Below are positions 24,795 through 35,800 of a stretch of 64,000 bases of DNA, piece by piece (position 1 is the first letter of the stretch; each line of letters starts with the position of its first letter). The position numbers and the translations under genes were made by a program. Source of the stretch: Tetramitus jugosus (Eukaryota; Protista; Heterolobosea); assembly GCA_937625935.1 (NCBI GenBank), contig OW569357.1, positions 372,001 through 436,000 on the forward strand, in the 5' to 3' direction. The notes below the pieces were generated by a model, which was given only the letters and a program-made list of their open reading frames with translations, had not been told where the DNA came from and did no database searches.

Positions 24795-26243
24795 TTACAG
24801 AGGCTTGTTGGCATCGATACCACTCTGCAACACAAAGTTCTTCACCTCATCAAACACATTTCTAATGTTGTCGGCATCTGTAGCACATGTGTAATGCACG
24901 TGGACTCTGTCCTTGTTGTCGTGCAATTTTTCCAGGAATTTTTCTTCAATGAACTTGCTGGCGGCATCGAAATCTTCACTGCTACCGCTGTATTCTTCAA
25001 AAATGTCCTTGAGCTTCGTTTTACCTTCGGAAATCTTCCTCTTGAACACATCAGTCTTGTTCAGGAAGAGCATGATTGGAATATTCTTGAAGGCAGAGTT
25101 CATGTGCTCTTCAAACAGATCCAAGCTCTCGTGCAATCGATTCGTTTCATCATCTTCATAGCATAATTGATCATAGTCTCCCAGGGAGGCCACATAGATC
25201 AACACATCGACATCTTGGAACACTTCCTTCCATTTCTATTGTTGTTTGAAATTCAATAAACAAAAAAGCAATTTGTTTTTCAGTAAGCATCACCAAAAGC
25301 TTTTCCCCAAAAAAAAATGTACAATACAATAAAAAAAAACAAAAGCAAAGCAAAACAAGCAAACAAACGAACTAACCTTTCTTTCTGATCGTTGACCACC
25401 CACATCAATCAACAAGAATTCTCGTTCACCATTCTGGAATCTCACCTGAACGATACCAGTCGTCTTTCGTCGACAGTGCAAAATGTCTTCGTGACTTGGC
25501 GAGAAATTTGGTGGATCTATATGATTCAAATTCTTCAAAAAGTGCATGGCTCCATCAGGAATGTGGAACTGACACTCATAACGCTTATCAAACTGATTTC
25601 TTACATTGTCATCGTTCCAAAGTGCCTTGACAGCAGCTGCCAAACGTTCATCATAAACGTCCTTTGCTGTTATAATCAATGAGTTGTTGCTCTCAACGAG
25701 TTCAATCACTTCCTTTGCATATTGTTCATTCTGTGGTGACTGGAATGGAATTTTTTCGGTTATACAGTGCTCGGATAGTTTGCTAATCGTGTGAAGAATG
25801 TTAAAGTAGATGGATGAGGTATAGTGACCCAAATCTTCCTTTGAAAACTCTTGATTGAAAATAATTTTCACCTGTTGAGTCGATTTTGTTGTTGTTGTTA
25901 TTGTTGAGAGATTGTTGTGTGTGTGTGCGTGTGAGAAAAAAATTGTTTTGGAACATTTGATGATACACGCGTGTGTATTTTTTTTTCTTTCAACAGAAAA
26001 GCTAAAAAAATGATGATGGCGTACCTGCGTAAACACTGTCGATTTACCACTTTCTCCAGAGCCAAGCAGCAACATTTTAATTGGCTTTGGCAAGTTTGAT
26101 TGTCCTTTAGTACTGCCAGATTTGACATTTTTGTTGGACGCTGAATTATTGTTGTTGTTGGCTGTTGTGTTCGTGGTGCGCATCTCTGTGGCACCTCCCC
26201 GATCATTTGTGTCATCTCCACCTTTTCCACATAAATTTCCCAT
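24795..26243 (-). CDS. Heterotrimeric G-protein alpha subunit (384 aa); exons 26243-26025, 25871-25377, 25235-24795
   Basis: MGNLC myristoylation/palmitoylation signal, GSGESGKST, RRKTTG, DVGGQRSERK|KW, LNKTD, TCATD; introns 25872-26024 and 25236-25376. Confidence 0.94.
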
Positions 26244-26484
26244 GTTTGCTGTTGTTGTTGTTGCTGTTTGTTTCTAGTTTTGTAATGGTGTGTATCTGTT
26301 TGTTGTTTGTTGTTGATGACACTGGTTTTATTTGGGGGTTGTGCGAAATTCGACCGGCAAGAAATTCGACTGGCACTTGGATTTTTTTCTTACAAACAAA
26401 ACCTGTTTGAAAAGTGACATCTATTGTAATCCCAGGGGCGGGGTTATTTTCATTTTTGATAAAGACGAAATCTTCTGAAGAGAC

Positions 26485-28657
26485 CTAAAAGCCCTTGACT
26501 TGAATGGGAGGCAAGGTAAATACATCATCAACTTCTTCTCCGTCCATAGCCATAATCTCTCCACTTTTCGCAGTACCTTCGAACCATTCACCCTTGTATA
26601 ATCTTCTCGAGGATACAAAATGCATGGTACCTGATCCGTTTCGCTTCCCATTCGCATGATATCCTTCATATCTGTCTCCATTCGTTTCGAATGTGATCCC
26701 AAATCCTGAGAGTTTATCTCCCTTCCACTCTCCCTCATACTTTGTTCCATCACTATAGTACATTGTTCCTTGACCGCATCTGACACCACATGCCCACTCT
26801 CCATCGTAAATATCTCCATTCTCATAGTAATGAACACCTCTTCCATGTTTCTTATCATTCTTCCATCCTCCAATGTACTCTCTTCTCTTCTCTCCCTTCT
26901 CATTCTTCCTGTATAGAGTCCCTTGAGTACCATGTCTAACATTGTTAAACCATTGGCCATCATACATCATGTTCTTGCTTTCATACACTCCCACACCTGA
27001 TTTCTCGTTCAGCTTCCATTGACCTCGGAATGTGCTCTTACTACCTCCTCTTCGGGGGATATACACTGTATGTCTATCTCCATGTTTTTGAGATTTCGCA
27101 TCATTCTGTTTCCATGTTTGATGATTCTTGGGCATTCTCATATTCGGAATAGCATTTGGTTCACTATCTGTCCTTCGATATGGGATTCCATTAATTAAGT
27201 GCTCATATTCATCTTTCAAGTTTAAAAATTGTTCTTGTTGTTCTGTCAATGGGTGGCCTTCAGCCAAAGAATCAATAGGGAGCTGTTCTTCCAAACTCTT
27301 CAGTTGTTGGTAGAGTCTTCGAACTTTTGTGTCCACTATCCCCACAGTAGGAACTGAATATATATGCCGAGCAGTAGATAAGTTCTCAATCGCTTCCATG
27401 GTCTCAATATAGTGATATTCACTGGGACATATGCTTCCTACGATTGTAGTAGCGTAACTTCCTCCTAGTGCTTCGCTCAGCACTGCTGTCACCTTGGAGT
27501 CTCCAAAAAAGTTAAAAACCTTTCTGGGTAACTCAGATATTGTCTTCATTGGATCGTTGCCCTGCCTTAACTGGACTCGAGAAAAGTTAACCACATTATG
27601 GACAGCATTCCCAAACGCAGTCATCGTCATGTTCAAGCTAGATCCTTGTTTGAGTTGCTTTCCTCGTGCTCCTTTCTGACCAATTCTTTCAGAACCCTTC
27701 AAGTTTACAAATAAGAGAGATGATTTGATTGTCGTTTGAGGTTCATTCTCATCTTCTCTTTGGAGATTTAGTCGGATAAAGTTGTGCCATCGGATACCTC
27801 TCGATTTATTTAGTGTTCCACTTCTCTCGTTGCCTATTCGGATTAAATCTTCCAAATCCTCCCAACATTCGACTGGCATCATTGTTAAATTTGTAATGTA
27901 TACTCCAACTTCAGGGTGGTGTCTAACTTTCCTTTCTTTTTTGCTGTGTGCATGATTGATGTTCCTACTCAAGTCAGTCGTCATATCTGAAGGATCATCG
28001 CTCAATAAATCAATAACCTTCTTCTCGTTCATCTCCCAATATGAGAATGTGACAGAGTATCGAATATTGGGAGGAGAGCTCTCAAGAAGGTGAAACCCGT
28101 TCTTCAACACTAGTTCAACCAGTCCAGGATAATCACTCTCTGGATCTCCATAAAACATATGTGACTTTTTGGTGTTTGACGGGCCATAAGACACGATAGC
28201 TGAGTTAAAGCCTGCCATGACTGACTGGAGGATCGGCTGTCCGATGGTATTAAATATTTCACTCGTGTCAGTGTTACTATCAAAGCAATAGTCGAATTTG
28301 TAGTCAAGAGTTTGTCCACTCTCTGGATGAACAGCTGTAATTGTGTCTCTATCTGATATTTTAATGATTGTTCTTGCTCCTGTTTTTAACTCAGAGTCTG
28401 TCGTACAGTGATTCATGTGGGGTTAAAACTCATATCCTCTCAGCCAGAATGTTCATTTTAACGACTATACCTGGTATATGACTCAGTCGTAATGCTACAT
28501 TAACATGACTAAATTGTTCGGTGATTGAGTTGATATCAAAGTGGTCCCCATGCACATCCTGCTTCGTTTCGTGCATTTCTTCGGATGATGAGACATCAGA
28601 GAAATCCTCAATACTTCTGATATCATCATGAGATTCACTTCGTACATGAGACATCAT
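26485..28657 (-). CDS. Divergent kinesin motor domain fused to MORN repeats (MORN3-like C-terminus); intron 28398-28470
   Basis: VNVALRL, YKFDYCF, GFNSAIVSYG, SYWEMNE..DLL, VRHHPEVGVYITNL, DSKVTAVLSEALGG; C-terminal YxGxWxxxxxxGxG repeats. Confidence 0.85.
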
Positions 28658-28965
28658 GTTTTCTAGAATTCGACTTTTTAGCTCCGTTGTTATGTTCTTG
28701 GAGAGCTCTCTGGAAACCCTTCATGTAAATAACCGACATCCACGGAGAATTGAGCTTACAAAATCTATAGTTGAACTTTCATTTTAATGGGCGGAAGAAA
28801 GCTGCCAATGCAAGTTTCTTCATCTCGTTTTACACACGCAAAAAAAAATTAATTTTGTGAGAGCACAAAAAGCTTATTTTTCTTCCCCATTTTTCCCAAC
28901 CTCTTTGTGTCATCAAGCGAGTCACACAATCATCATCGCCCCTTTGATCACATACACACACAAAA

Positions 28966-30849
28966 ATGATGCGCAAATTTCCTCAGAGCTTGAGCCAGGG
29001 CTTCAACAAATCAAACAGCTCCATTTCTCAGCTTTTCCTTCAAAATCAACGTGTTGCCACAGCTACACTCTTCACAGACAGCAGCAGCAGTAGCAGCAAC
29101 ATTGCAAATAGAGAGATTGATGAGTCAGAGACTGGAAGACCAAGAGACGAAGAATCACAATTGGCCCAAGGTCACATGCAACTTTTGCTTAATTATGAGC
29201 CACGTACCGTTGTTGACATTGTGCACAATAGAGAACGAGAAATTGTCAAGGAGTTTTTGGATGCTCAAAAGTTGCATGATCGCTTGGCTGATGTAGCCAT
29301 TAGAATTGCAGTTGATCCTTCGAAACCACGAGTCGAAGGAGAAGAAATCGAAGAAAAGGAAGGTATTCTATCCCAGACCATTATGTACGAGCATGAAGAG
29401 AGTAAAAAATGCCTCAACTACAAAAACTTGCAAAAGCTCTATCAGAGAAGAGAGTTGTCTGAGACTCGCCCAATTCACGGCATTCTCCCACCAGCTGGTC
29501 ACGCACTCTACCAACAATCCGTCATTGAACAAAAGGTTGCTCGCATGAATGAGCCATACTTGCCATACAAGAAGGAGGACATTCCAGAGTATGAGGCTGC
29601 AGAGTTGATGGGCACCATTTGGAGTCAACCAGATGCCAGCGAAGAAGCAAAGACTTTTGGTGATCGATTCACTGAGAATGATATTGCTGAGGCATTGGAG
29701 TTGTATGCTGATCACGTGCTCAGAAAGAAGGTTTTGAATCCACACAAGTCTCTCAAGTACACCAAGATGCTCCAAGTCTTTTCCAATCAAATCTTGAATA
29801 ATAGAATGTTGATTGAGCAGTATGATGAAGCATTTTTGAAGACGGTTGAGACTCATGGTGAAGACATTACTGCTGTTCAAAAGGAATTGAAGAACAAGTT
29901 CTCGGAAATTTATGTGAGAAGTATGCTTGCCATGGGTGCTGTTCCAACCAACGTCTCCAATGAAGCCGTTCTCAAGATGGAGGAAGATCGATTGGCAAGA
30001 ACCCGTGCTAGAAATCGTGATTTGTTGACCTTGTCTGCCAATTGCTCAAACGAGGAGTACAAGGAGAAAGTGCTCAGAGAAAAGAAGATTGCTAGATATT
30101 TGGAATCCATGATTGGTCAGAAGAGAAAGGTTTCATCCCCAATCGATGTCCTGGTTGACGCCCTCTCTGCCAAATCAGAATCACCTGAAGACATTGAAGA
30201 CATGACCCCAGAGGAGGCAGAAGCGTTTGCTGAAGCAAAAGCTGCTGAGGCCAGCAATGAAATCAAGCCAGATCTTGACCAACTCATTGCCGACTTGGAA
30301 AGCAGAAAAACTGAATATGCCAACCTGTTTGTTCAAAAAGTGAATATTGACTCTGCTGCTGAAGACACAACAGCATCACAGAAGCGCGAGTCTTATCAAG
30401 AATTGTACAAGAACAAGCACGCATTTGATGAAGATTTGAACAAGCTCGAACGAGTAGGAAGATTTGTCGACGACATTCTATACCTGAAGTCAATCAATGA
30501 TCAATTGGAGAACATGATTGTGCAGCTTGTGCCAATGATGTATCAATCTCGCGTGCTCGTTCACGACTTGGTCACATGCAACAAATTGCTCTATATTTGC
30601 AAGACGACTGAAGCTTCGGATTTGACGCGGGTTGACTTTGGTTCCACTCTGGACAAACACGATACTCACACTGCCCGTAACACACTCATGAACAAGGCCA
30701 TTTCCATTGCTGAGCAATCAGAGAGAGAATACTCTGTGATCCATAAGCCTTTCGAGGTTTCCAAGGAGCCATTCTATGCCTCCAGTGGCTACATTCCACA
30801 AACGAGACTCAGCGTTCGCGGCAAGCAAAGACAGGTTAGAAAGTATTAA
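28966..30849 (+). CDS. Hypothetical 627-aa helical protein, probably mitochondrial
   Basis: Long intronless ORF; N-terminal ~35 aa rich in S/Q/R/K and free of acidic residues (presequence-like); family not recognised. Confidence 0.75.
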   Translation: MMRKFPQSLSQGFNKSNSSISQLFLQNQRVATATLFTDSSSSSSNIANREIDESETGRPRDEESQLAQGHMQLLLNYEPRTVVDIVHNREREIVKEFLDAQKLHDRLADVAIRIAVDPSKPRVEGEEIEEKEGILSQTIMYEHEESKKCLNYKNLQKLYQRRELSETRPIHGILPPAGHALYQQSVIEQKVARMNEPYLPYKKEDIPEYEAAELMGTIWSQPDASEEAKTFGDRFTENDIAEALELYADHVLRKKVLNPHKSLKYTKMLQVFSNQILNNRMLIEQYDEAFLKTVETHGEDITAVQKELKNKFSEIYVRSMLAMGAVPTNVSNEAVLKMEEDRLARTRARNRDLLTLSANCSNEEYKEKVLREKKIARYLESMIGQKRKVSSPIDVLVDALSAKSESPEDIEDMTPEEAEAFAEAKAAEASNEIKPDLDQLIADLESRKTEYANLFVQKVNIDSAAEDTTASQKRESYQELYKNKHAFDEDLNKLERVGRFVDDILYLKSINDQLENMIVQLVPMMYQSRVLVHDLVTCNKLLYICKTTEASDLTRVDFGSTLDKHDTHTARNTLMNKAISIAEQSEREYSVIHKPFEVSKEPFYASSGYIPQTRLSVRGKQRQVRKY

Positions 30850-31043
30850 AATCATCATCATTAGCGGTTCCAACATTGTGTCAGGATGAAGAACGTTCTT
30901 CATGTGTGTCCTTGCCAATCATTTTTTTTACTTACACATAAATATATTTTATTAAGAACAGAGCACACACATTCAATCAACCAATCAATGATGATAATTG
31001 GCTGGCTGCGCTAGAGCAGTTGGAGCACAACAATGTTTTCTTT

Positions 31044-31607
31044 TTAAAAGATGAGGAGCAACTTTGAGTTCTTCTTGACTGCTTCCTGAATCTCAGCCAA
31101 CGTGATCTGACCATCACCATTCGTATCAGCCAACTCAACCAACTGTTGTACACGTGCATTAATAATCTTGTTAAACTTTTCAGTGTCAGTGTTGTGACCC
31201 AACAGTCTAAACGTGTCTCTCATGCCCTGTCTCAACTCCTCCTCTGTCAAGTAACCGTCGCCATCAGCATCGTACAACAAGAATGTCACTTCAATAATCT
31301 TGGATGGATCCTGTTGCTTTTGTGTCGGTGCCGTAATGCTCAAATATAGGATAAATTCCTCAAAAGAAATGGAACCACTCCGGTCTCTGTCATAACTTCT
31401 GAACAAGTGATCAATGGGTGCATCGTCAGACAAGTTGGGGAAGATACCAATGGCTTTGATCCACTTTCTGAAGCCTTCTCTGTCCATTTCCTTCTCACCA
31501 AACATGTCCAACCAGATTTTTCTATATTTTTTAATGTCTTTTTTGGAGAGACGGCCTTCGCTCTGGTGTTCCCAATCTTTGAGTTGTTTGGTGTTTTCGT
31601 TACCCAT
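31044..31607 (-). CDS. Myristoylated EF-hand calcium sensor (NCS/frequenin/recoverin-like)
   Basis: MGNENTK N-terminus; EF loops DRDRSGSISFEE, DADGDGYLTEEE and DTNGDGQITLAE. Confidence 0.88.
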   Translation of the reverse strand: MGNENTKQLKDWEHQSEGRLSKKDIKKYRKIWLDMFGEKEMDREGFRKWIKAIGIFPNLSDDAPIDHLFRSYDRDRSGSISFEEFILYLSITAPTQKQQDPSKIIEVTFLLYDADGDGYLTEEELRQGMRDTFRLLGHNTDTEKFNKIINARVQQLVELADTNGDGQITLAEIQEAVKKNSKLLLIF

Positions 31608-31825
31608 GTTGTTGTTTGTTGTTTTTTGCTAACGAATTCGTTTGGAGTCTGATGTTTTGCTTTTTTTTTTCTGGATGGCCCACCTCGAGATTTGGTGTTT
31701 TGACGGGGAGTCGCTGCTGTCGGCCTTGGACGCAAGTTCCTCCTATCAACAACTGCAAACTGTCAGTCACATGTCAACGGTTGGAAAAATGAAAATAAGG
31801 CCAAAAAGAAATTAAACCAAAAAGT

Positions 31826-31907
31826 CGCCCACTGTAGGATTCGAACCTACGCGGGATGAACCCAACGCATTAGCAGTGCGCCGCCTTAACCACTCGGCCA
31901 AATGAGC
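31826..31907 (-). tRNA. tRNA-Ser (anticodon GCU)
   Basis: GCTCATT/AGTGGGC acceptor stem, TGGCCGAGTGG A-box, GCGCA-CTGCTAA-TGCGT anticodon arm, long variable arm, GTAGG-TTCGAAT-CCTAC T-arm; T5 terminator at 31819-31823. Confidence 0.96.
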
Positions 31908-31956
31908 TTGTTGTATTCATCTAATTTGTATCTTATCCAGGCGTTTTAGTGACAAC

Positions 31957-32754
31957 TAAAAAAGGGATGTTTCACGTAGAAAACAGGAAGCATCTGCAGT
32001 CACTATTTGACCAGGAAAGGAACAGAAGAGTGGAAGAATGTGAGAGGTGGTGGTTACAAAAGGCCGTTAGTAGAAGTGAAGCGGACTTCAGCTTCCTCAA
32101 AAATCCCCACAGTATAGACAGGCAGCTTGTGTGGTTTCAGATGCAAGTCCTCAGTGGGACGCTCCATACCGCAGAAGTTGTAAGAGTCCTCTACAACTCA
32201 GACAACGATCCCACCAAATGTGTGTGGTGCAGTCAGGAGCCCGAAAGTGTGCTCCACTGTCTAATTCGGTGCCCTAGAGCGGTTCGTGCCAGAAGATGCC
32301 TCGCGATGACGGTGGCAGCAGAAATTATCAAGATGGGGGTTGCTGATACCAGCTGTATCAATATATGGTTCGACAATGTGAGGATAGTAGGCGGAGAAGT
32401 GGTCAGGAGACCGTTGAGAAGAACGAGCCGGGAGTTCCTGATGGGAATGATGGGTGTTGAGACAGAGGCCGTCAGCGACATCGCGGAAGGTCTGATAGCA
32501 AATGGAGTAAAGACAGCAACAGCAGATAAGATAGCTAAAACTTACGTGAATAGTGTGAAACGGAGATGTCTCACGACTCTCCTCCACCTATTCACTACAA
32601 CGAAAGAGAAACAACAGCAATGACGCTCTCCGAGCGTCATTGGGGAATCAAAATGGTGACCAAGAGCCACCGCTCTGCGAGCGATGGCTAATGAATATAA
32701 CAGACAATAAAGTGAGCAACCTATATGGTTGTATTAAAAAAAAAAAAAAAAAAA
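31957..32754 (+). mobile_element. 5'-truncated non-LTR retrotransposon (L1/Tx1/TRE-like) with poly(A) tail and 10-bp target-site duplication
   Basis: TAGTGACAAC at 31947-31956 and again at 32755-32764; A19 at 32736-32754; open frame 31958-32623 with ORF2 C-terminal zinc knuckle CVWC-SQEPESVL-H-CLIR-C preceded by FQMQVLSGTLHT. Confidence 0.9.
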
Positions 32755-32885
32755 TAGTGACAACGAAAAGGAAAATACCTTTTGTTTGGGCATGCAGCAG
32801 AGCTGGCCCGTCTCGAATGATGCACACGGGTTACATCAGCACCTGTCCTACCTGTTCGGGATAAAAAGTAATTTTGCTTTATTTC

Positions 32886-35800
32886 TTAGATGGCTCCGTA
32901 GCCTGATTCTCCAGTGGATTGTTGTGCTCTTGGGCGGTTAGCGTTTGAGATAGTGAATGGATTTGGATCACTCTCAGTCTCACCATATCCTTCATCTTCA
33001 AACACAGAATAGCTGGTACTGGTTCTACCACAGTAAACAATAAACTTGATTCCGTCCAAGATGAGTCCAGGAATTTCAGACCAGATGTAGTATTGAGGGA
33101 AGACATTCACTCCATTTTGGTTACCCTTAATCAAATTGTAAGAAATACCAACAATGAGATAAGCGACAATAGCAGTCAGTGCCAACATGATAAACAGTGC
33201 GCCAACACTAAACTTCAAGGAGCGGACAACGACTTGACCTCTGTTGATGACCACAGGAGTGTAAGCCCATTCGATTTGGGACTGTGGGTCATAAACAATT
33301 GCATTGACAATGTACACTCGTTCCAAATCGATGGTGATTCTAACAGAGTTTTCCTTGCCGGTTGTCTTGCCTGCAACAACAACATTCTGATTCATTCGGA
33401 TACCACAAGTGGTGAACATGTTGTACTTTTTCAAGATGGCGTCAGGATTCTTGCTGTCCCACAAACTCTTGTCTGCTTCGATCATGAAAATACGAGCAGT
33501 TTGTCCTTCCACCAATTGATCCATTGACAAATCGAATTGAATCTTCTTGACCTTATCAACGGTTGTAGTACCAGCTGATTTGGCAGTAATGATACCAGTC
33601 TTTGGTCTGAGATCACGAGATGTCGTCGTAGTGAAGATTGACATGAACAATGGCAATGGTTGTTTCAATTGCTTCAAGTGCACGTACAAGAGCTCTGACT
33701 TTGTGTGATCAATTGCCTTGGCATCAATGAGAGAAGTGAACGGATTATCAGTTTCAACACTACCGATATATTCGGGATTGATGGTGTTGTTTCTTCTTTT
33801 GCTTGCAGATAATTGTTGACTATCCATTGGAACAGCGTCACAACTGTCTACCTTAATGTAGAGTACATTGGAAAGTCTTGGTGCCAAGATAGTGTACTCT
33901 GCATTTGTTGGAGTGAACAAAGAAGGATAATTTTGAGTCAAGTAGGCAATGCCATCCTCACTGTTAATCGATATTTCGTACTTGACAGCACCTCCATCGC
34001 AACTTTGGACAGCCAAATACAAGTTCTTTCCCTCGTTCAAACCAGAATCAATGATCATCATGAGTTGGTTTCCAAATGAGGCCTGAGATTGTGATCTCCA
34101 CTTGTGATCAGTGTCTGTTGGGGTAGCTGTTGTTTGGGAGCCATAGATCACCAAACATGAACTTGCACTAGAATCACCGAAAGGTCTGGCATTGATTGTC
34201 AGCTTAGGAAGATCCCAACCAACCTTATATTGGTAGATGACAGTTGATCTGCGAGCAGAGGAAGGATCAACATAGCCAAGACGTGGTATGCCAGAGAAGA
34301 GTGTTCCCTCTCTGGTTTGAACACTGACAAAGTAGTCGGACTCTTGTTGAGAGTAAACAGCAATGGACCACACACCTGGCACGAATTTGCTATCAGTCTT
34401 ATGCACATAGATCACATTACCTGGGAAATCTCTAGCAGCGAAAGTGTATTTGTTTCTGCTGACCTCTGTTCCATTCGTATTGATGTAGAGCTCAGTACGA
34501 CCATTGATCAAAGTCACAGATGTCAAAACATGCTCAGCGAGAGAACTGATAGAGACTCTATAGAATCTTGCATTGTTATTTCTGCCATTGTCACGTACAT
34601 AACTACCAACTTCAATGGTTTCATACAAAGTGTTTGCTTGGAGTGAATAACTTACACCAGCACCGTTCTTTGGTCCACGAACACTGATGTAATACCATCT
34701 TGCTTCAGCTTCAAATTCAACAATATCTGAACCAAAGCTGTCTCCCTTGTATTCGTAGTTGCCTTCGTTTGGATTTGGATGGCGAGACACATAAATGTCA
34801 GCATCTCCAAAGAGTGAAGCCATGATATTCAAAGAGAACTTGAGTCTACCCTTGTTTGTCATCTCATACTTGTATTGTTTGTACTCGTTCTTGTCGACAT
34901 AACCGAGAGCTGGAGTTGCATCCATGAGTTCAACTGTTTCATTGGTCGAGAATGTAACAATAGAGAAGCGAGAAGCAATGTAGCCATAAGCACCAATATA
35001 CAAACGAGAAGCAACAGCAGGAATTTCGGATGCTTGTATCGTGAGGGTATCAGATCTAGCATCTCTCTTTTTCCATGTGTGAGACTCCTTAGTTGGTCTT
35101 GTAATATTAGTTGACACATAGAGATCAGGATCACCAAACTCAACTAATGTGGAGATTGTGATATCACGATGTTGAGAGGAGTCAAAGTCAAAAGTAAAGT
35201 AGACATAGGCATTAGACTCTACATAATTGTTGTCGCTGATTTGTCCATCATTCAGTACGATTGGTCTTTGGTTAGTTGTTGCAGAAATTGTGTATGTACA
35301 ATTGGCAACCCCATAAACAGAGACAAAGTACCACTGAATAGGAGATCCTTGATCAATGGTAATGTACTGTTGAGCACCTTGAACCTGTCCGACATAGTCA
35401 TGCTTCTCACGAGTAGGCTTGGAAGAAGATCTTGAGCCATAAAGTTCGACTGCTCCTTCGAGATCACTAGTGACGGAGAAAGTCAAAATGTTCTTGTTGA
35501 ATCCATAGAAGAATTTGAATGTAGCGTAACCACCAAGAACTGGGGTAAATGACTGAGAAGCGCCATCGGTCAGCAAGTAAGAAGAATCCTCTGAACGAGC
35601 AATAACTTGGAAGGTAGCATCGACTCTCCATGCACGAACTGCAATGTAATAAGTTCCTTGTTTCCATTGTGGATCATTCTGTGCAATGTAAATTGTATCC
35701 ACACCTCCTGTTTGATCACGTTTCCATTGATAGCTAGAGATACTTGGTCTTTCGTTTGTTGTTGAAATATAGATATCTGGATCAGCACCATCCAGCAAAC

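Noticed and set aside
25872-26024. 51-aa insertion in the G-alpha after the P-loop
   Set aside because: It is a stop-free 153-nt intron with GT-AG ends and low-complexity content; removal restores the canonical TVFTQVKII.
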